A stretch of 64,000 nt of DNA from Octopus vulgaris (taxonomy: Eukaryota): contig OX597819.1 in the NCBI GenBank assembly GCA_951406725.2, positions 86,304,001 through 86,368,000 of the forward strand, written 5' to 3'. A program made the translations under genes and the position numbers. The notes beneath the pieces were generated by a model. That model ran no database searches. It saw nothing but the letters and a program-made list of their open reading frames with translations, and was not told where the DNA came from. Position 1 is the first letter of the stretch, and the number at the start of each line of letters is the position of its first letter. Positions 14,313-27,179 of the stretch are shown piece by piece.

Positions 14313-14535
14313 GGCGTATGTACATATGTATATATCTATATGTATATATATAATTAGGGCTTAGTAAAATAAATTATTTTGCCACATACTGAACTTAGTA
14401 GAAATAGCAGCCAAAAAAAATTTTTTCTTAGCATTTCCACTACTTAAAGAAAAATTCTCTCAGATAATGTTTACTCCAGACAGCTCACGAAGGTTTGGGG
14501 GTAAATACAGAAAAATATCACAAGTACATAGATCG

Positions 14536-14598
14536 TTTGAGTACGTCAACGTTTCAAGATTAGCCAAATAAAATCAGCATTTCTTTCGTCAGCTCAAA
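14536..14598 (-). ncRNA. Type I hammerhead ribozyme
   Basis: Exact reverse complement of the 15814-15876 motif. Confidence 0.85.
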
Positions 14599-15102
14599 AT
14601 TTCTTAATTTGGATTTGGAAACACTAAAAGAAGGAACTTTACCTATCAGTGAACTTGTCGCTTCAGATGAACCACTCCAACTAAACAGTGTCAACAAATT
14701 CAAAATGCGCAGGCGTAAAATTCTGCACTCCCCATTCCACCCACGTGGTCTATCTAGCAAACATTATATTTTAACCGCTAGAACCGAGGCAGTATGACCG
14801 AGAGAAATGAATTATAATATCAACAATTGAGGGTAAAATTAATTAATTAATCAATTTCACCAAGTGTTCAGTATGTAAAAGGACCATTTAAGGCGAATTC
14901 AAAATATTACATTATATAATTAGGGCTTAGTAAAATAAATTACTTTGCCACATACTGAACTTAGTAGAAATAGCAGCCAAAAAAAAATTTTTTCTTAGCA
15001 TTTCCACTACTTAAAGAAAAATTCTCTCAGATAATGTTTACTCCAGACAGCTCACGAAGGTTTGGGGGTAAATACAGAAAAATATCACAAGTACATAGAT
15101 CG

Positions 15103-15165
15103 TTTGAGTACGTCAACATTTCAAGATTAGCCAAATAAAATCAGCATTTCTTTCGTCAGCTCAAA
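15103..15165 (-). ncRNA. Type I hammerhead ribozyme (helix III C-to-U variant)
   Basis: Same motif with GAAATGTTGACGTA. Confidence 0.75.
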
Positions 15166-15813
15166 ATTTCTTAATTTGGATTTGGAAACACTAAAAAGAA
15201 GGAACTTTACCTATCAGCGAACTTGTCGCTTCAGATGAACCACTCCAACTAAACAGTGTCAACAAATTCAAAAGGCGCAGGCGTAAAATTCTGCACTCCC
15301 CATTCCACCCACGTGGTCTATCTAGCAAACATTATATTTTAACCGCGAGAACCGAGTAAACATTGTCTGGAGTAAACATTATCTGAGAGATTTTTTCTTT
15401 AAGTAGTGGAAATGCTAAGAAAAAATTTTTTTGGCTGCTATTTCTACTAAGTTCAGTATGTGGCAAAGTAATTTATTTTACTAAGCCCTAATTATATAAT
15501 GTAATATTTTGAATTCGCCTTAAATGGTCCTTTTACATACTGAACACTTGGTGAAATTGATTAATTAATTAATTTTACCCTCAATTGTTGATATTATAAT
15601 TCATTTCTCTCGGTCATACTGCCTCGGTTCTCGCGGTTAAAATATAATGTTTGCTAGATAGACCACGTGGGTGGAATGGGGAGTGCAGAATTTTACGCCT
15701 GCGCATTTTGAATTTGTTGACACTGTTTAGTTGGAGTGGTTCATCTGAAGCGACAAGTTCGCTGATAGGTAAAGTTCCTTCTTTTTAGTGTTTCCAAATC
15801 CAAATTAAGAAAT

Positions 15814-15876
15814 TTTGAGCTGACGAAAGAAATGCTGATTTTATTTGGCTAATCTTGAAACGTTGACGTACTCAAA
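15814..15876 (+). ncRNA. Type I hammerhead ribozyme
   Basis: TTTGAG-CTGACGA-AAGA(22 nt)TCTT-GAA-ACGT-TG-ACGT-A-CTCAAA: helices I, II and III all pair; GUA cleavage after 15870. Confidence 0.88.
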
Positions 15877-16158
15877 CGATCTATGTACTTGTGATATTTT
15901 TCTGTATTTACCCCCAAACCTTCGTGAGCTGTCTGGAGTAAACATTATCTGAGAGAATTTTTCTTTAAGTAGTGGAAATGCTAAGAAAAAATTTTTTTTG
16001 GCTGCTATTTCTACTAAGTTCAGTATGTGGCAAAGTAATTTATTTTACTAAGCCCTAATTATATAATGTAATATTTTGAATTCGCCTTAAATGGTCCTTT
16101 TACATACTGAACACTTGGTGAAATTGATTAATTAATTAATTTTACCCTCAATTGTTGA

Positions 16159-16215
<57 letters not shown>

Positions 16216-16239
16216 GTATATATATGTATATATGTATAT

Positions 16240-16410
16240 ATTCTTTTATCTGCTTCAGTCATTTGACTGCGGCCATGCTGGATCACTGCCTTTAGTCCAA
16301 CTAATCGACTCCGTGACTTTTTCTTTGTAAGATTAGTACATATTCTATCGATCTCATTTGCCGAACCGCTTATTTACGGGGACATAAACATACCAACATG
16401 GGTTGTCAAG
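16240..16410 (-). mobile_element. SINE 3' fragment
   Basis: Reverse complement of the ccagcatggccgcagtcaaatgactgaa tail shared with other SINEs in the window. Confidence 0.7.
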
Positions 16411-16489
16411 GAATATACATGTTTATACAAAATATATGTATATGTATATATATATGTAAGTATGTATATGGATAAATGTATATATCTAT

Positions 16490-16543
<54 letters not shown>

Positions 16544-16562
16544 CTCCCTCTATATATATGTT

Positions 16563-16603
<41 letters not shown>

Positions 16604-16617
16604 GTGTGTGTATATGT

Positions 16618-17110
16618 GGAGGCGCAATTACCCATTGGTTATTGCAGCAGACTCGCAGTTGTAGCATCGCAGTTTCGATTCTTTTGTTCAGGACTTTTGT
16701 TTCGCTTTCATACTACATGCATTGTCTCCAGAGGTTATTGAACCTCACGTGTATGAGGGAGAAAGCTAACTACGCACTGCTGTGAAGATGGTTACTTAAA
16801 GCAAACCCCTTGTCCGAAGCACCTGTGAATAAACGGTTATTGAATTTACTCCGCCAGAGAACTTCATTCTTCGTATTTCCAGCTCCTTGAATCAACAGAA
16901 TAATTATAATGACTGAAGAAGATACCCCAAAAGTATCCGTATAAACCTTCCTTCCATTATACCATAAGTTAGTGTTTCGGCAAAATGACCAATAGTATAA
17001 GTACCAGACTTAAAAAGAAGCACTTGGGTTGATTTGTTCGACAAAACCCTTCAAGGCAGTGCCGCAGCATGGCCACAGTCCAATAACTGAAGCAAGTAAA
17101 AGGTAAACGA
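16618..17110 (+). mobile_element. tRNA-derived SINE (degenerate)
   Basis: ggaggcgcaat...gtttcgattc head; gcagcatggccacagtccaataactgaa tail. Confidence 0.6.
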
Positions 17111-17339
17111 TACAGATATTACAAATGTTTATATTGGCTTTAGATGCAAAGAAGTTTTCGGCACATCTGTGACTCACGGCAACGCTATTAAATATCGTAT
17201 AATATCAATAGCTTATGAGAAAAAATATTTTATTTAGTAATATTTAGGAAAACCACATCATTGGAATATTTGAAGCATGGAAAGAGTGTACCCTATGTTT
17301 CGTTTGTTATGTTTTCATTTATGAATATTAGTCTTGGTT

Positions 17340-17520
17340 AAGGCGGCGCGCTGTCAAAATTGTTACCGTGCCGGAAAAAAATGCTTAGCAGTATTTCTTC
17401 CGTCTTAAGTTCTGGGTTCAAATGCCGCCGAGGTCAATATAATAAGTACCAGTTCAATACTGAGATTGGCGTACCTCTCCTCCGAAAATGCTGGCTTTGT
17501 GCCAAAACTTGAAACTAGTA
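17340..17520 (+). mobile_element. SINE (GGCGGCGAGCTGGCAGAA family), degenerate
   Basis: Similarity to other copies in the window. Confidence 0.65.
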
Positions 17521-17599
17521 TTAGTCTTGGTCTGCTTAGAACGTATTTTATTTTGACAGCATGGGGTAAGTTGGATTACTTCGGGAGGGTTACAATGAT

Positions 17600-18760
17600 A
17601 TAAGGCAATATCTCGTTAGATTTACTATAATGGCAGTAGTCACCAGTACTGAAGTCCAAAGTTATTTCTTTTATTTCTTTTATGCGATTTAGCCATGAAA
17701 CTGCGATCGTATTGGAACACCAACTAAACTTTGATTTGTATCAACTATAATCTTTAAATCTAACTTCGTTGTTGAGCTTCTTAATAATATCCATTGTATG
17801 GTTATTCATAATTAGCTAAATGGATGGTCTATTGTCATGATGAATAGAAAATTTAGGGAAACGGATTTCTTACGAAGTAAGTTTAAGATTTAACGTCATA
17901 TGAATTTAAAAACATCAACCTATTTTACGATTCCATAGTGATGTGAAATAATTTCTAGTCACCATTCTAAACCCCAACTCTTCCCTGAATAGTAGAATAG
18001 TAAATGGTACGCTTAGCAATATTATTGTCTAAATCACTAAGTGAAATAAAACCTCTGCTAAATTCTAAATCGGTGTAATTGTAGATGGCTAACCCTGATA
18101 TTAGACAGCATACATTTAAAAAGGTACTTATTATCTATATTATTGAACCATTTGGTGATAGCAAAATTGTTATCTGCCATACCGGAATCTAAGTGACTCT
18201 TAATGCTGACAATAATGGGATTTAAATGATTTTCACTCTCTATATTTATCTAATTTTTTTCTGTATTTATTAACTCGCGTTTGATGTTGGCAACAAAAAT
18301 GTTTCTATGATTTTTAGATGTAATATATTGTTCATCTTATAGTTATTGGTGATGTAGATATTTTCTTCTCTATATTGCTGATATTGTTATGAAGTTGTCT
18401 CTGGTATTTGTAGATTTCAGTTTTATACATATGTTTCGTTTTATCTAAGGAGGTCCGAATATTTTAAGGGATGATGATATCAATTATAAAATCGATGGTT
18501 CTATTACAGAACACGCATCTCGAAGCTTTAATTGATTTAGAAGGTGAAAAAATATACCTGACGGCGAAGTGTGATGTATTACGTGTTGTAAATTTGAACA
18601 AAACATCGGATTTGAATAATTCTTTCAGAAACATCCAACGATATTAATTGAGGGTTTTCAGACTACCAACAGAGTAACATAGTTTATATAGGATAGTTTA
18701 TTTGCAACAGTTAAGACGTTGTCCTACTTTCATCATTTAAAAGTTAGTGACGGGAAACGT
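17600..18760 (-). pseudogene. Highly decayed Penelope-like RT remnant
   Basis: Minus-strand AITKWFNNIDNKYLFKCM resembles the PLE motif WF..I..K....F..FDI; otherwise heavily disrupted. Confidence 0.3.
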
Positions 18761-18819
18761 TAAGTACTGATCTAAGAACTGTCAGTTAATAATGGCAATA
18801 GTGATGCTAATAATAATAA

Positions 18820-19875
18820 TAAAGGTTTCAAATTTTGGCACAAGATCAGAAGTTTTAAGGAAAGGGGTAAATCGATTACATTGACCCTAGTACTCAAATG
18901 GTACTTATTCGATCGACCCTGAAGTGAAGAAAGACAAAATCAATATCGAAACGTAAATTCAGACGAAATGCCGCTAAGCATTTTCTCAGCGCGCTAAAGA
19001 TTCAGTCAACCCGCTGCCTTTACAATGATACCAATAATAATAACGATTTCGATTTTATTTTGCTACAGGGGCAGCTTGTGGAAGGGGATTAAGTCGATTA
19101 CATAGACACCAGTGCGTAACTGTTACTTATTTAATTGACCCCGAAAGGATGAAAGGCAAAGTCGCTCGCGGTGGAATTTGAAATCAACGTAAAGACGGAC
19201 AAAATGCCGCTAAGCATTTTTCCCAGCGTGTTAACAACTCTGCCAGCTCACCGAGCTGGCAAAATCGATAGCACGCCGGGCAAAATGCTTAGTGGTATTT
19301 CGTTTGCCGCTGCGTTATGAGTTCAAATTCCGCCGAGGTCGACTTTTCCTTTCATCCTTTCGGGGTCGATTAAATAAGTACCAGTTACGCACTGGGGTCG
19401 ATATAATCGATTTAATCCGTTTGTCTGTCCTTGTTTGTCTTCTCTGTGTTTAGCCCCTTGTGGGTAGTAAAGAAATAGGTATTTCGTCTGCCGCTATGTT
19501 CTGAGTTGATATTCCGCCGAGGTCGACTCTGCTTTTCATCCTTTCGGGGTCGATTGAATAAGTAGCAGTTACACACTGGGATCGATGTAATCGTCTTAAT
19601 ACCTTCCACCAAATATGAGGCCTTGTGTTTCCAGTAGAAAGGATTAATATTTTTAATAATAATAATGGTTTCAAATTTTGTTACACGGGCAACAATTGCA
19701 GGGGAGGAGATGAGTCGATTACATCGACCCTAATACTCAACTGCTACTTATTTCATCGACCCCGGAAGTATGAAAGGCAGAGTCGACCACGGCAGAATTT
19801 GAACTCAGATCGTAAAGACGGACGAAATGCCGCAAAACATTTTGCCCGGCGCGCTAACGATTCTGCCAGCTCGCC

Positions 19876-19876
<1 letters not shown>
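18820..19876. mobile_element. Cluster of four SINEs (GGCGGCGAGCTGGCAGAA family) in both orientations, separated by (TAA)n; includes a dimeric copy at 19254-19645
   Basis: Repeated core gagttcaaattccgccgaggtcgactttgcctttcatcctttcggggtcgat...aagtaccagt. Confidence 0.85.
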
Positions 19877-19912
<36 letters not shown>

Positions 19913-20213
19913 GATGATGATGATGATGATGATGATGTTTTTCCTTCTTTCTTCAAAGTTTCTTCCGTTTCTCGCCGGGTGTCTTCCATATACCTAGGGC
20001 AGAGAAGCTCATTGTATGCATTCCTAGATTACACACGCAAATTCACAGATAAATATGTATTTAAAAATTAATAAATAAATAAATTGATGGATGGATGTTG
20101 TTTTCACAGAGATATTGCTCTTCTCAGTACATGAGCCGTTCCAGTTAATACGATTTTTTGCACTTCCTGTAGGGATGGTAAGCCTGGAATCATTTTCAAA
20201 TAGGTTTAAGTAC

Positions 20214-20527
20214 CTCATGGGAACTGCTCATATCCTAAGCAAAATACTTTCTATGTAATCTCAAGGTTTAAAACAAACAATTTTTATTTTATTTTATTTT
20301 TAAAAATTTTATTTTATTTATTTATTATTTATTTATTTCTTAGACATTCACTAGTACAACACCAAAAAACCCCCAAATATATGGCAACATCCACAACATC
20401 CCCACCCCCCAAATATATGGCACACTAGGCATAACAACAACATGAACTTCCAACCCTGTTGTCTCTTGAGGTCTCTGGGTGAGACTTGGAGCCAACTTGT
20501 ACAAATATAAAGCAAAAGTCAAACATA

Positions 20528-20528
<1 letters not shown>
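20214..20528 (+). mobile_element. Dong family B 3'-end fragment, in tandem upstream of the full-length copy
   Basis: Near-identical to 25338-25601; followed by (TAA)n. Confidence 0.9.
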
Positions 20529-20593
<65 letters not shown>

Positions 20594-20650
20594 GAGAAGA
20601 AGAAGAAGAAGAAGAAGAAGAAGAAGAAGAAGAAGAAGAAGAAGAAGAAG

Positions 20651-23600
20651 GAAGGCGGCTGGACGTGACAGAGGATGGACGTATTTTTACGATGCTCTGA
20701 ACTGGCAACAGCGAACCCAGCAGGTCAACTGTAGAAAACTGGAAGATCTACTGTTTACTGTAAGTAATTTGAATTACCCTCAAAATAAGTAAAAAAAAAA
20801 AAACTTACATATCTACAGCTCATACAAACGTACACCTAACAAGAAAAATTAGAAACATAAATATCTCCAATTCTGTGTGAACATTTACATTTAGTCGTCT
20901 CTCATGACTATAAGAATGTGTAAAATTGCCTTTTAAATTACCTTTTATTGTAACAACACAATTAAATGCACGATAAAAAGTTATGGAATTAAGCACCTAC
21001 TACTATATACATACAACTGAATTCAGAAATTTAAAAATATATACATAACATTGAACTCAGAAAGTTATTTAAAAAAAGAAAAAAAAAATCTTCGACGAAA
21101 ACATCAGATAATATGTGTGAGTGAATATACATATATATACATATACATATGCATGTGGTGAAGAAGAAAAGAGAACGAAAAAAAAAATAAATAAATAAAC
21201 GTAAACAGGTTTGACCTTTTACTGACCATTAACGTCCTTTGTCTCCACCATCTACCGTGGCTATTTATAGACCCAAAGAACATGAATTCTTTAACCACCC
21301 ATTCTCCAACACAATGGAGTGTTGATGGTGGCTGTGGCTACACATAAAACAATGTCATTGAAGATGATGATGGTGATGGTGATGTTGCTGATGATGGTGA
21401 TGGTGGTGAAGATGATAGTAATAACAATAATAACTGACAGATCCCGTCTTTTTCCCTTTCTTTTCGTTTCCTTCTCCGTATTTTATTCTCATTATTTCGA
21501 ACTAATACAGACACAGTAAGCCTTGAAGAAAGGAAGAGGAGGAAAAAAAAAAAAAAAAAAAAAATGTCCGGAGATAAAACTATCAACAAAAAAAATACAG
21601 ACGAATATAGATCTGCTAGTCTTAAGAAGCGGCGCTATGAGCAATGCTTACATGTAGTGAACCCTAAACTGACAGATCCATCTCCTAATATAAGAATGGA
21701 TGCTCGTCATGCTTCAAGGTCAACAAATCAAACAATAAACCGCATTGGTCATTGCGCGGATTACAAAAGACCACGTACCCGAAAATTGAACCAAATCCTG
21801 ATTGAAAAATCAGTTACTGGATCAAATCTTCCCAACACACAGGAGCTGGACGAACCCCACAACCGGAATATTCCAACAGATGGCCATCCATGCTCATCAC
21901 CAAATAATCAAAAGAAAAAGAAGGAAAAATGGTCTAGGGAAGATAATAAAGAAGTTCTTGAGGCCTTCTACCATGCCATATATTTCCCCACAGATAAGTC
22001 TAGCACTGTACAAGCATACTTAAACTGGAGACAGAAACACCCTGAAGTAAGACCCTACATAGACAGTAACAAGCTTGCCAATGTTAGAAGAAACATTATA
22101 AAAAAGAAATTACTGACTGAAGTAGAGATTGATCAGGTTATACAAGCAATATCGGATAAAATGAACGAAGCTGCAGCTAGAGAAGATAATACAGAGGAAA
22201 TGATTATAGACCAGCCCAGGGCGGATAAAAACGAAGAGAGGATTGAAAGAGTTAGTATAAGTGATAGGCAAAGTGAAATACGCCCTGAACCAATCATAAA
22301 CACTAAGACAGATGAGCATCAAATAGATAAAGAAAGTCACACAAATATTGACCCAACAGAACTACATGAGCTAAAAAATCAAATCATGATTGAATGGCTG
22401 AAAATTAAAGAAACCAGCATGGATGAGCGTGATACACTTCCTAAAATCCGCAACTCTAACCAAAACATGAAAATAATTGGTAAAATCCGGCTTGCACTTA
22501 AGGATATAATTTCAGTTAATGATGTTGATATCACAAACCTCAACCACCTATACTATGCATCCGCGAAAATCTCAACGATCCTATGTGGTGTAAAGATTAG
22601 AAAACGGCAACAGTCCCACAAAAAGCCTTCTTGGCAAGAGCGTCTGCAACAACAAATTAAAATATTTAGATCTGACATTGAATATTTGAAAAACCTTAAG
22701 GCTCACAAGATTACCAAACCTACAAAAACCCCAAAATTACTGAAAAAATACAATATGAAAACTATACTTGATATTGATGCCACCATAGAAACCATCAAAC
22801 AAAAGGTATCTGCCAAAGCTGCCCGCATAGCGAGGTATGAAAAGCGTGTTAGATTTTTCAAGGACAACAACATGTTCAAAAATAACACCAAGAATTTTTA
22901 CAGGAAGATAGGAAAAACAGCGTTTACTGCAGGGTCTGTACCATCAAAAGAAGAAGTGCAGAGATTTTGGAATAAAATCTGGGCAGAAGAAAAAACACAC
23001 AACGAAAAGGCCCCTGGATTGACAGAATATCTACAGAACTGGACCCCTTAGAAGAGCAAAAGTGGGAGGGTGTCAAGGTAGAAGATATAAGATCTGCTCT
23101 CAGGAGGTCAAGCAAATGGAAGTCTCCAGGAAAGGATAAAATTCCTAACTTCTGGCTGAATGCCTTCCCAGAGAGCCATGAACTGCTAACAGAACTGTAC
23201 AATGATGTTTTGCAACACCCTAGTAGGATGCCTCCTTGGCTAGTTAATGGGTTAACATTCCTGCTTCCAAAAAGTGAAGAAACAAATGAACCAAAAAACT
23301 ATAGACCCATAACCTGCTTAACAACTATGTACAAAACACTAACATCTGTCCTGACGGAATATACCTATAGTTTTTTAACAGACAGCAGCATATTCCCTAA
23401 TGAACAGAAAGGATGTAAACGTGGATCCTACGGCTGTAAAGACCAACTACTCATCAATAAGATGATCTTAGAAGATTGTCACAAACGACACAAAAACTTA
23501 TCAATAGCCTGGATAGACTATAAAAAGGCTTTTGATAGCCTACCACATAGCTGGACTAGGAAATGCCTTGAAATGTATAAGATAGCACCAACTCTGCGAA

Positions 23601-25601
23601 ACTTCTTGACTGTAAGTATGAGATCATGGAGAACCACACTAACTCTGAACAGTGACAGTGAATCCCTAAATGCTGGTGATGTAAAAATTTCGTGTGGCAT
23701 TTTCCAGGGTGACTCACTGTCACCACTCCTCTTTTGTTTATCCTTAATACCTCTCTCAAAGCTGCTCAATGACGCGCAGTACGGGTATAAAATGTTTGAT
23801 AAAAATATAAATCATCTCGTTTACATGGATGATTTAAAGCTTTTTGCAAAAAATGATCAACAACTCAAGGGCTTACTAGCGATAGTCAAACAATTCAGTG
23901 ACGACATCAGAATGCAATTCGGCCTCGATAAATGTGCAAAGGCTACCTTTATCAAAGGAAAAATGACAGAAACATCTAACGTTAACCTTGACCAACAGAA
24001 TGTCATAAAAGAACTAGACCCAGCGGAGAGCTACAAGTACCTAGGGATAATTGAAGGGAACGGAATAAGGCATTCAGAGATGAAGGAAAGGATCAGGAGA
24101 GAATGCTATCGAAGAGTGAGAGCAATACTCAAGACAGAGCTGAATGCAAGAAACAGGATCGAAGCAATCAATGCATTAGCTATACCAGTCGTGACTTACA
24201 GTTTCAATATTGTTAACTGGTCAATTACTGAAATATGTCAGCTCGACAGAAAAATAAGGAAACTGTTGACAATGCATAGAATGCACCACCCTAAGGCAGA
24301 TACAGAACGACTCTATCTGCCAAGAAAAGAGGGAGGCCGTGGTCTTTTGCAACTGGCAATAACAATGAAGATTGCTACAATTGGCCTAGACACCTACCTG
24401 AAAAACTCTGAGGACTGGATGCTAAAACTTGTCTCAAAACATGAAAACAAGAAAGCATCATACTCAGTCACAAAACAGGCAAAGGAATATCTAAGTGAAT
24501 TCCGAATACAACCAATTTCGGAATTAGAGATAGATATACAAGAAACAAGCACAGAAAAAGCTAGGCGCATGAAAACCCGTGCCAAAACTGCGGCCTTAGA
24601 TATTCTGAATAATAAATGGCAAGAAAAACCTCTCTATGGCAAATACCCAAAGAGAACGAATAATGCAGATATCGACAAAGCCCTGACCCATCAATGGCTA
24701 ATGGCCTCTGGCTTAAAATCTGAAACAGAGGGGTTTATCATAGCAGCTCAAGATCAATGCCTACCAACAAGAAACTACCAGGCCAACATATTAAAGATCA
24801 GAAGCAGTCCAACGTGTCGTGTATGCAAGCAACAAAATGAAACCATTGACCATGTGGTCTCCAAGTGCAGTCTTCTAGCGCCTACAGAGTATCTCAACAG
24901 GCACGATAGAGCTGCACAATATATTCACTGGGTAATCTGTAAAAACCTGGATTTGCCCCATGAAAAAAACTGGTGGGAACACAAACCACCCCCAGTGCTT
25001 GAAAATGACCACATCTCACTCCTCTGGAACTTCACCATTCAAACTGACAGGAAGATAGATGCAAATAGGCCAGACATCATATTGAAAAACTTCAAACAAA
25101 GAACATGCCTCCTCATTGATATGACTGTCCCAATCGATATAAACGTATCTGTCAAGACCTACCAAAAACTGAGCAAATATAAAGATCTTGAAATAGAAAT
25201 CAGCAAAATGTGGAAGCTGAAGACTAAAACAATACCTGTTGTCATAGGTGCCCTGGGAATGATAGCAAAAGGGGCTGATAGCTACCTAACTCAGATACCA
25301 GGAAACCCAAAAATGGCAGAAGTTCAAAAGATAGTGCTCATGGGAACTGCTCATATCCTACGCAAAATACTCTCTATGTAATCTCAAGGTTTAAAACAAA
25401 CATAATTTTCGGTTTAAAAAAAAAAAAAAAAAATTTTTTTTTTTTATTTTTAGAAATTCATTAGTACAACATCCCCACCCCCCAAATATATGGCACACTA
25501 GGCATAACAACAACATGAACTTCCAACCCTGTTGTCTCTTGAGGTCTCTGGGTGAGACTTGGAGCCAACTTGTACAAATATAATGCAAAAGTCAAACATA
25601 G
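20651..25601 (+). mobile_element. Near full-length R4/Dong-clade non-LTR retrotransposon (family B) inserted in (TAA)n
   Basis: Single long ORF with RT, CCHC and restriction-like endonuclease; 3' UTR ends ...gtcaaacatag(AAT)n; preceded by (TAA)n(GAA)n. Confidence 0.92.
21564..25381 (+). CDS. R4/Dong polyprotein (~1270 aa): N-terminal domain, RT, CCHC zinc knuckle, PD-(D/E)xK REL endonuclease; one frameshift at ~23011-23014
   Basis: WKSPGKDKIPNFW, YRPITCL, EQKG, WIDYKKAFDS, GIFQGDSLSP, YMDDLKL, CRVCKQQNETIDHVVSKC, RHD, RPDIILK..LIDMTVP..KLSKY. The frame from 23015 is open to the stop at 25381. Confidence 0.92.
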
Positions 25602-25755
<154 letters not shown>

Positions 25756-25809
25756 TTAATAGTAATAATAATAATAATGACGATAATAATAATAATAAGA
25801 ATAATATTA

Positions 25810-26020
25810 CAGCGGTGAGCTAGCAGAATCGTTAGCACACTGGGCAAAATGTTTAGCAGTATTTCACCCGTTGCTACGTTCTAAATTGAAATTCTACAGA
25901 GGCCAACTTTGCCTTTCATCCTTTCGGGGTTGATGAAAGAAGTACCACTTAAGTACTGAGGTCAACGTAATCGACTATCCCCTCCCGCAAATTTCAGGAC
26001 TTGTGCCTATAGTAGAAAGG

Positions 26021-26022
<2 letters not shown>
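25810..26022 (+). mobile_element. SINE (GGCGGCGAGCTGGCAGAA family) between (TAA)n tracts
   Basis: Similarity to other copies. Confidence 0.8.
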
Positions 26023-26078
<56 letters not shown>

Positions 26079-26087
26079 TAATGATAA

Positions 26088-26822
26088 TACAGCACAAGAC
26101 CAAAGCCACCCCACCAGAAATTACCAAAAACATGTAATGAAAAGAAATATTACAAGTAACTGCAGAATATGTGGAGATGGACAAGAAACAATAAATCATA
26201 TTATCTCTGGCTGCCCAGTCCTGGCTAAGAAGGAATATATTAACAAACATAACAGAGTTGGGACCTACATACACTGGAGGCTATGCCAACATTATGGAAT
26301 AACAACAGAAAAAAGATGGTATAGGCACACACCAGAAAAGGTCACAGAAAACGAGAAAGCAACCATACTCTGGGATATGCCGATACACACAGATAGAGAA
26401 ATTAAGGCCAACAGACCAGATATAGTTGTCAGAGATCATGAAGAAAAAAATGCTTTCTAATTGATGTATCAATACAGGCAGATGACAACGTGTCTCTAAA
26501 AGAAATGGAGAAACTCTCAAAATACAAAGACCTGGAAATAGAGGTAACCAGAATGTGGAATCTAAAAGCAGAAACAATTCCTATCATAGTAGGTGCATTA
26601 GGCATGATAAAAAAATATTCAGACAAATACATAACAAAAACACCAGGACTTACAAACACATATAACATACAGAAAATTGCACTACTAGGCACTGCACACA
26701 TCCTACGCAGAACACTTTCCATAAATAACCATCAGAGCATCACAACAAATCACAGCACATACCTAAGGCACACAGAGCTGTGCTCGGTAGTGAAGTGAAA
26801 GCACGCTAAAAGAATAAAACTA

Positions 26823-26826
<4 letters not shown>
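26088..26826 (+). mobile_element. 5'-truncated Dong element (second 3'-end family): CCHC + REL endonuclease + 3' UTR
   Basis: CRICGDGQETINHIISGC, NRPDIVV, KEMEKLSKY, QKIALLGTAHILRRTL; ends aaaactactg(AAT)n. Confidence 0.9.
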
Positions 26827-26861
<35 letters not shown>

Positions 26862-26887
26862 TAAAATAATAATAATAATAATAATAT

Positions 26888-27131
26888 ATAGTAGGTGCAT
26901 TAGGCATGATAAAAAAATATTCAGACAAATACATAACAAAAACACCAGGACTTACAAACACATATAACATACAGAAAATTGCACTACTAGGCACTGCACA
27001 CATCCTACGCAGAACACTTTCCATACAATAACCATCAGAGCATCACAACAAATCACAGCACATACCCAAGGCACACAGAGCTGCGCTCGGTAGTGAAGTG
27101 AAAGCACGCTATAAAAATAAAAATAAAACTA

Positions 27132-27135
<4 letters not shown>
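26888..27135 (+). mobile_element. Short 3' fragment of the same Dong family, in tandem
   Basis: Duplicate of ~26586-26826 with (AAT)n tail. Confidence 0.9.
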
Positions 27136-27176
<41 letters not shown>

Positions 27177-27179
27177 TGC

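Larger units (their letters stand above)
14347..16160. mobile_element. Hammerhead-containing tandem/foldback element (~567-bp unit; ~1.8 units on minus, ~1.4 units on plus), flanked by (TA)n; retrozyme/PLE pseudo-LTR-like
   Basis: 14347-15355 is a direct tandem repeat (period 567). 15366-16160 is its reverse complement (period 565). Both outer ends run into TA repeats, and every full unit has a hammerhead. Confidence 0.9.

Noticed and set aside
20760-21440. Possible intron (GTAAGT donor) in the Dong 5' UTR
   Set aside because: Splice-like motifs are common in AT-rich DNA; no transcript evidence.
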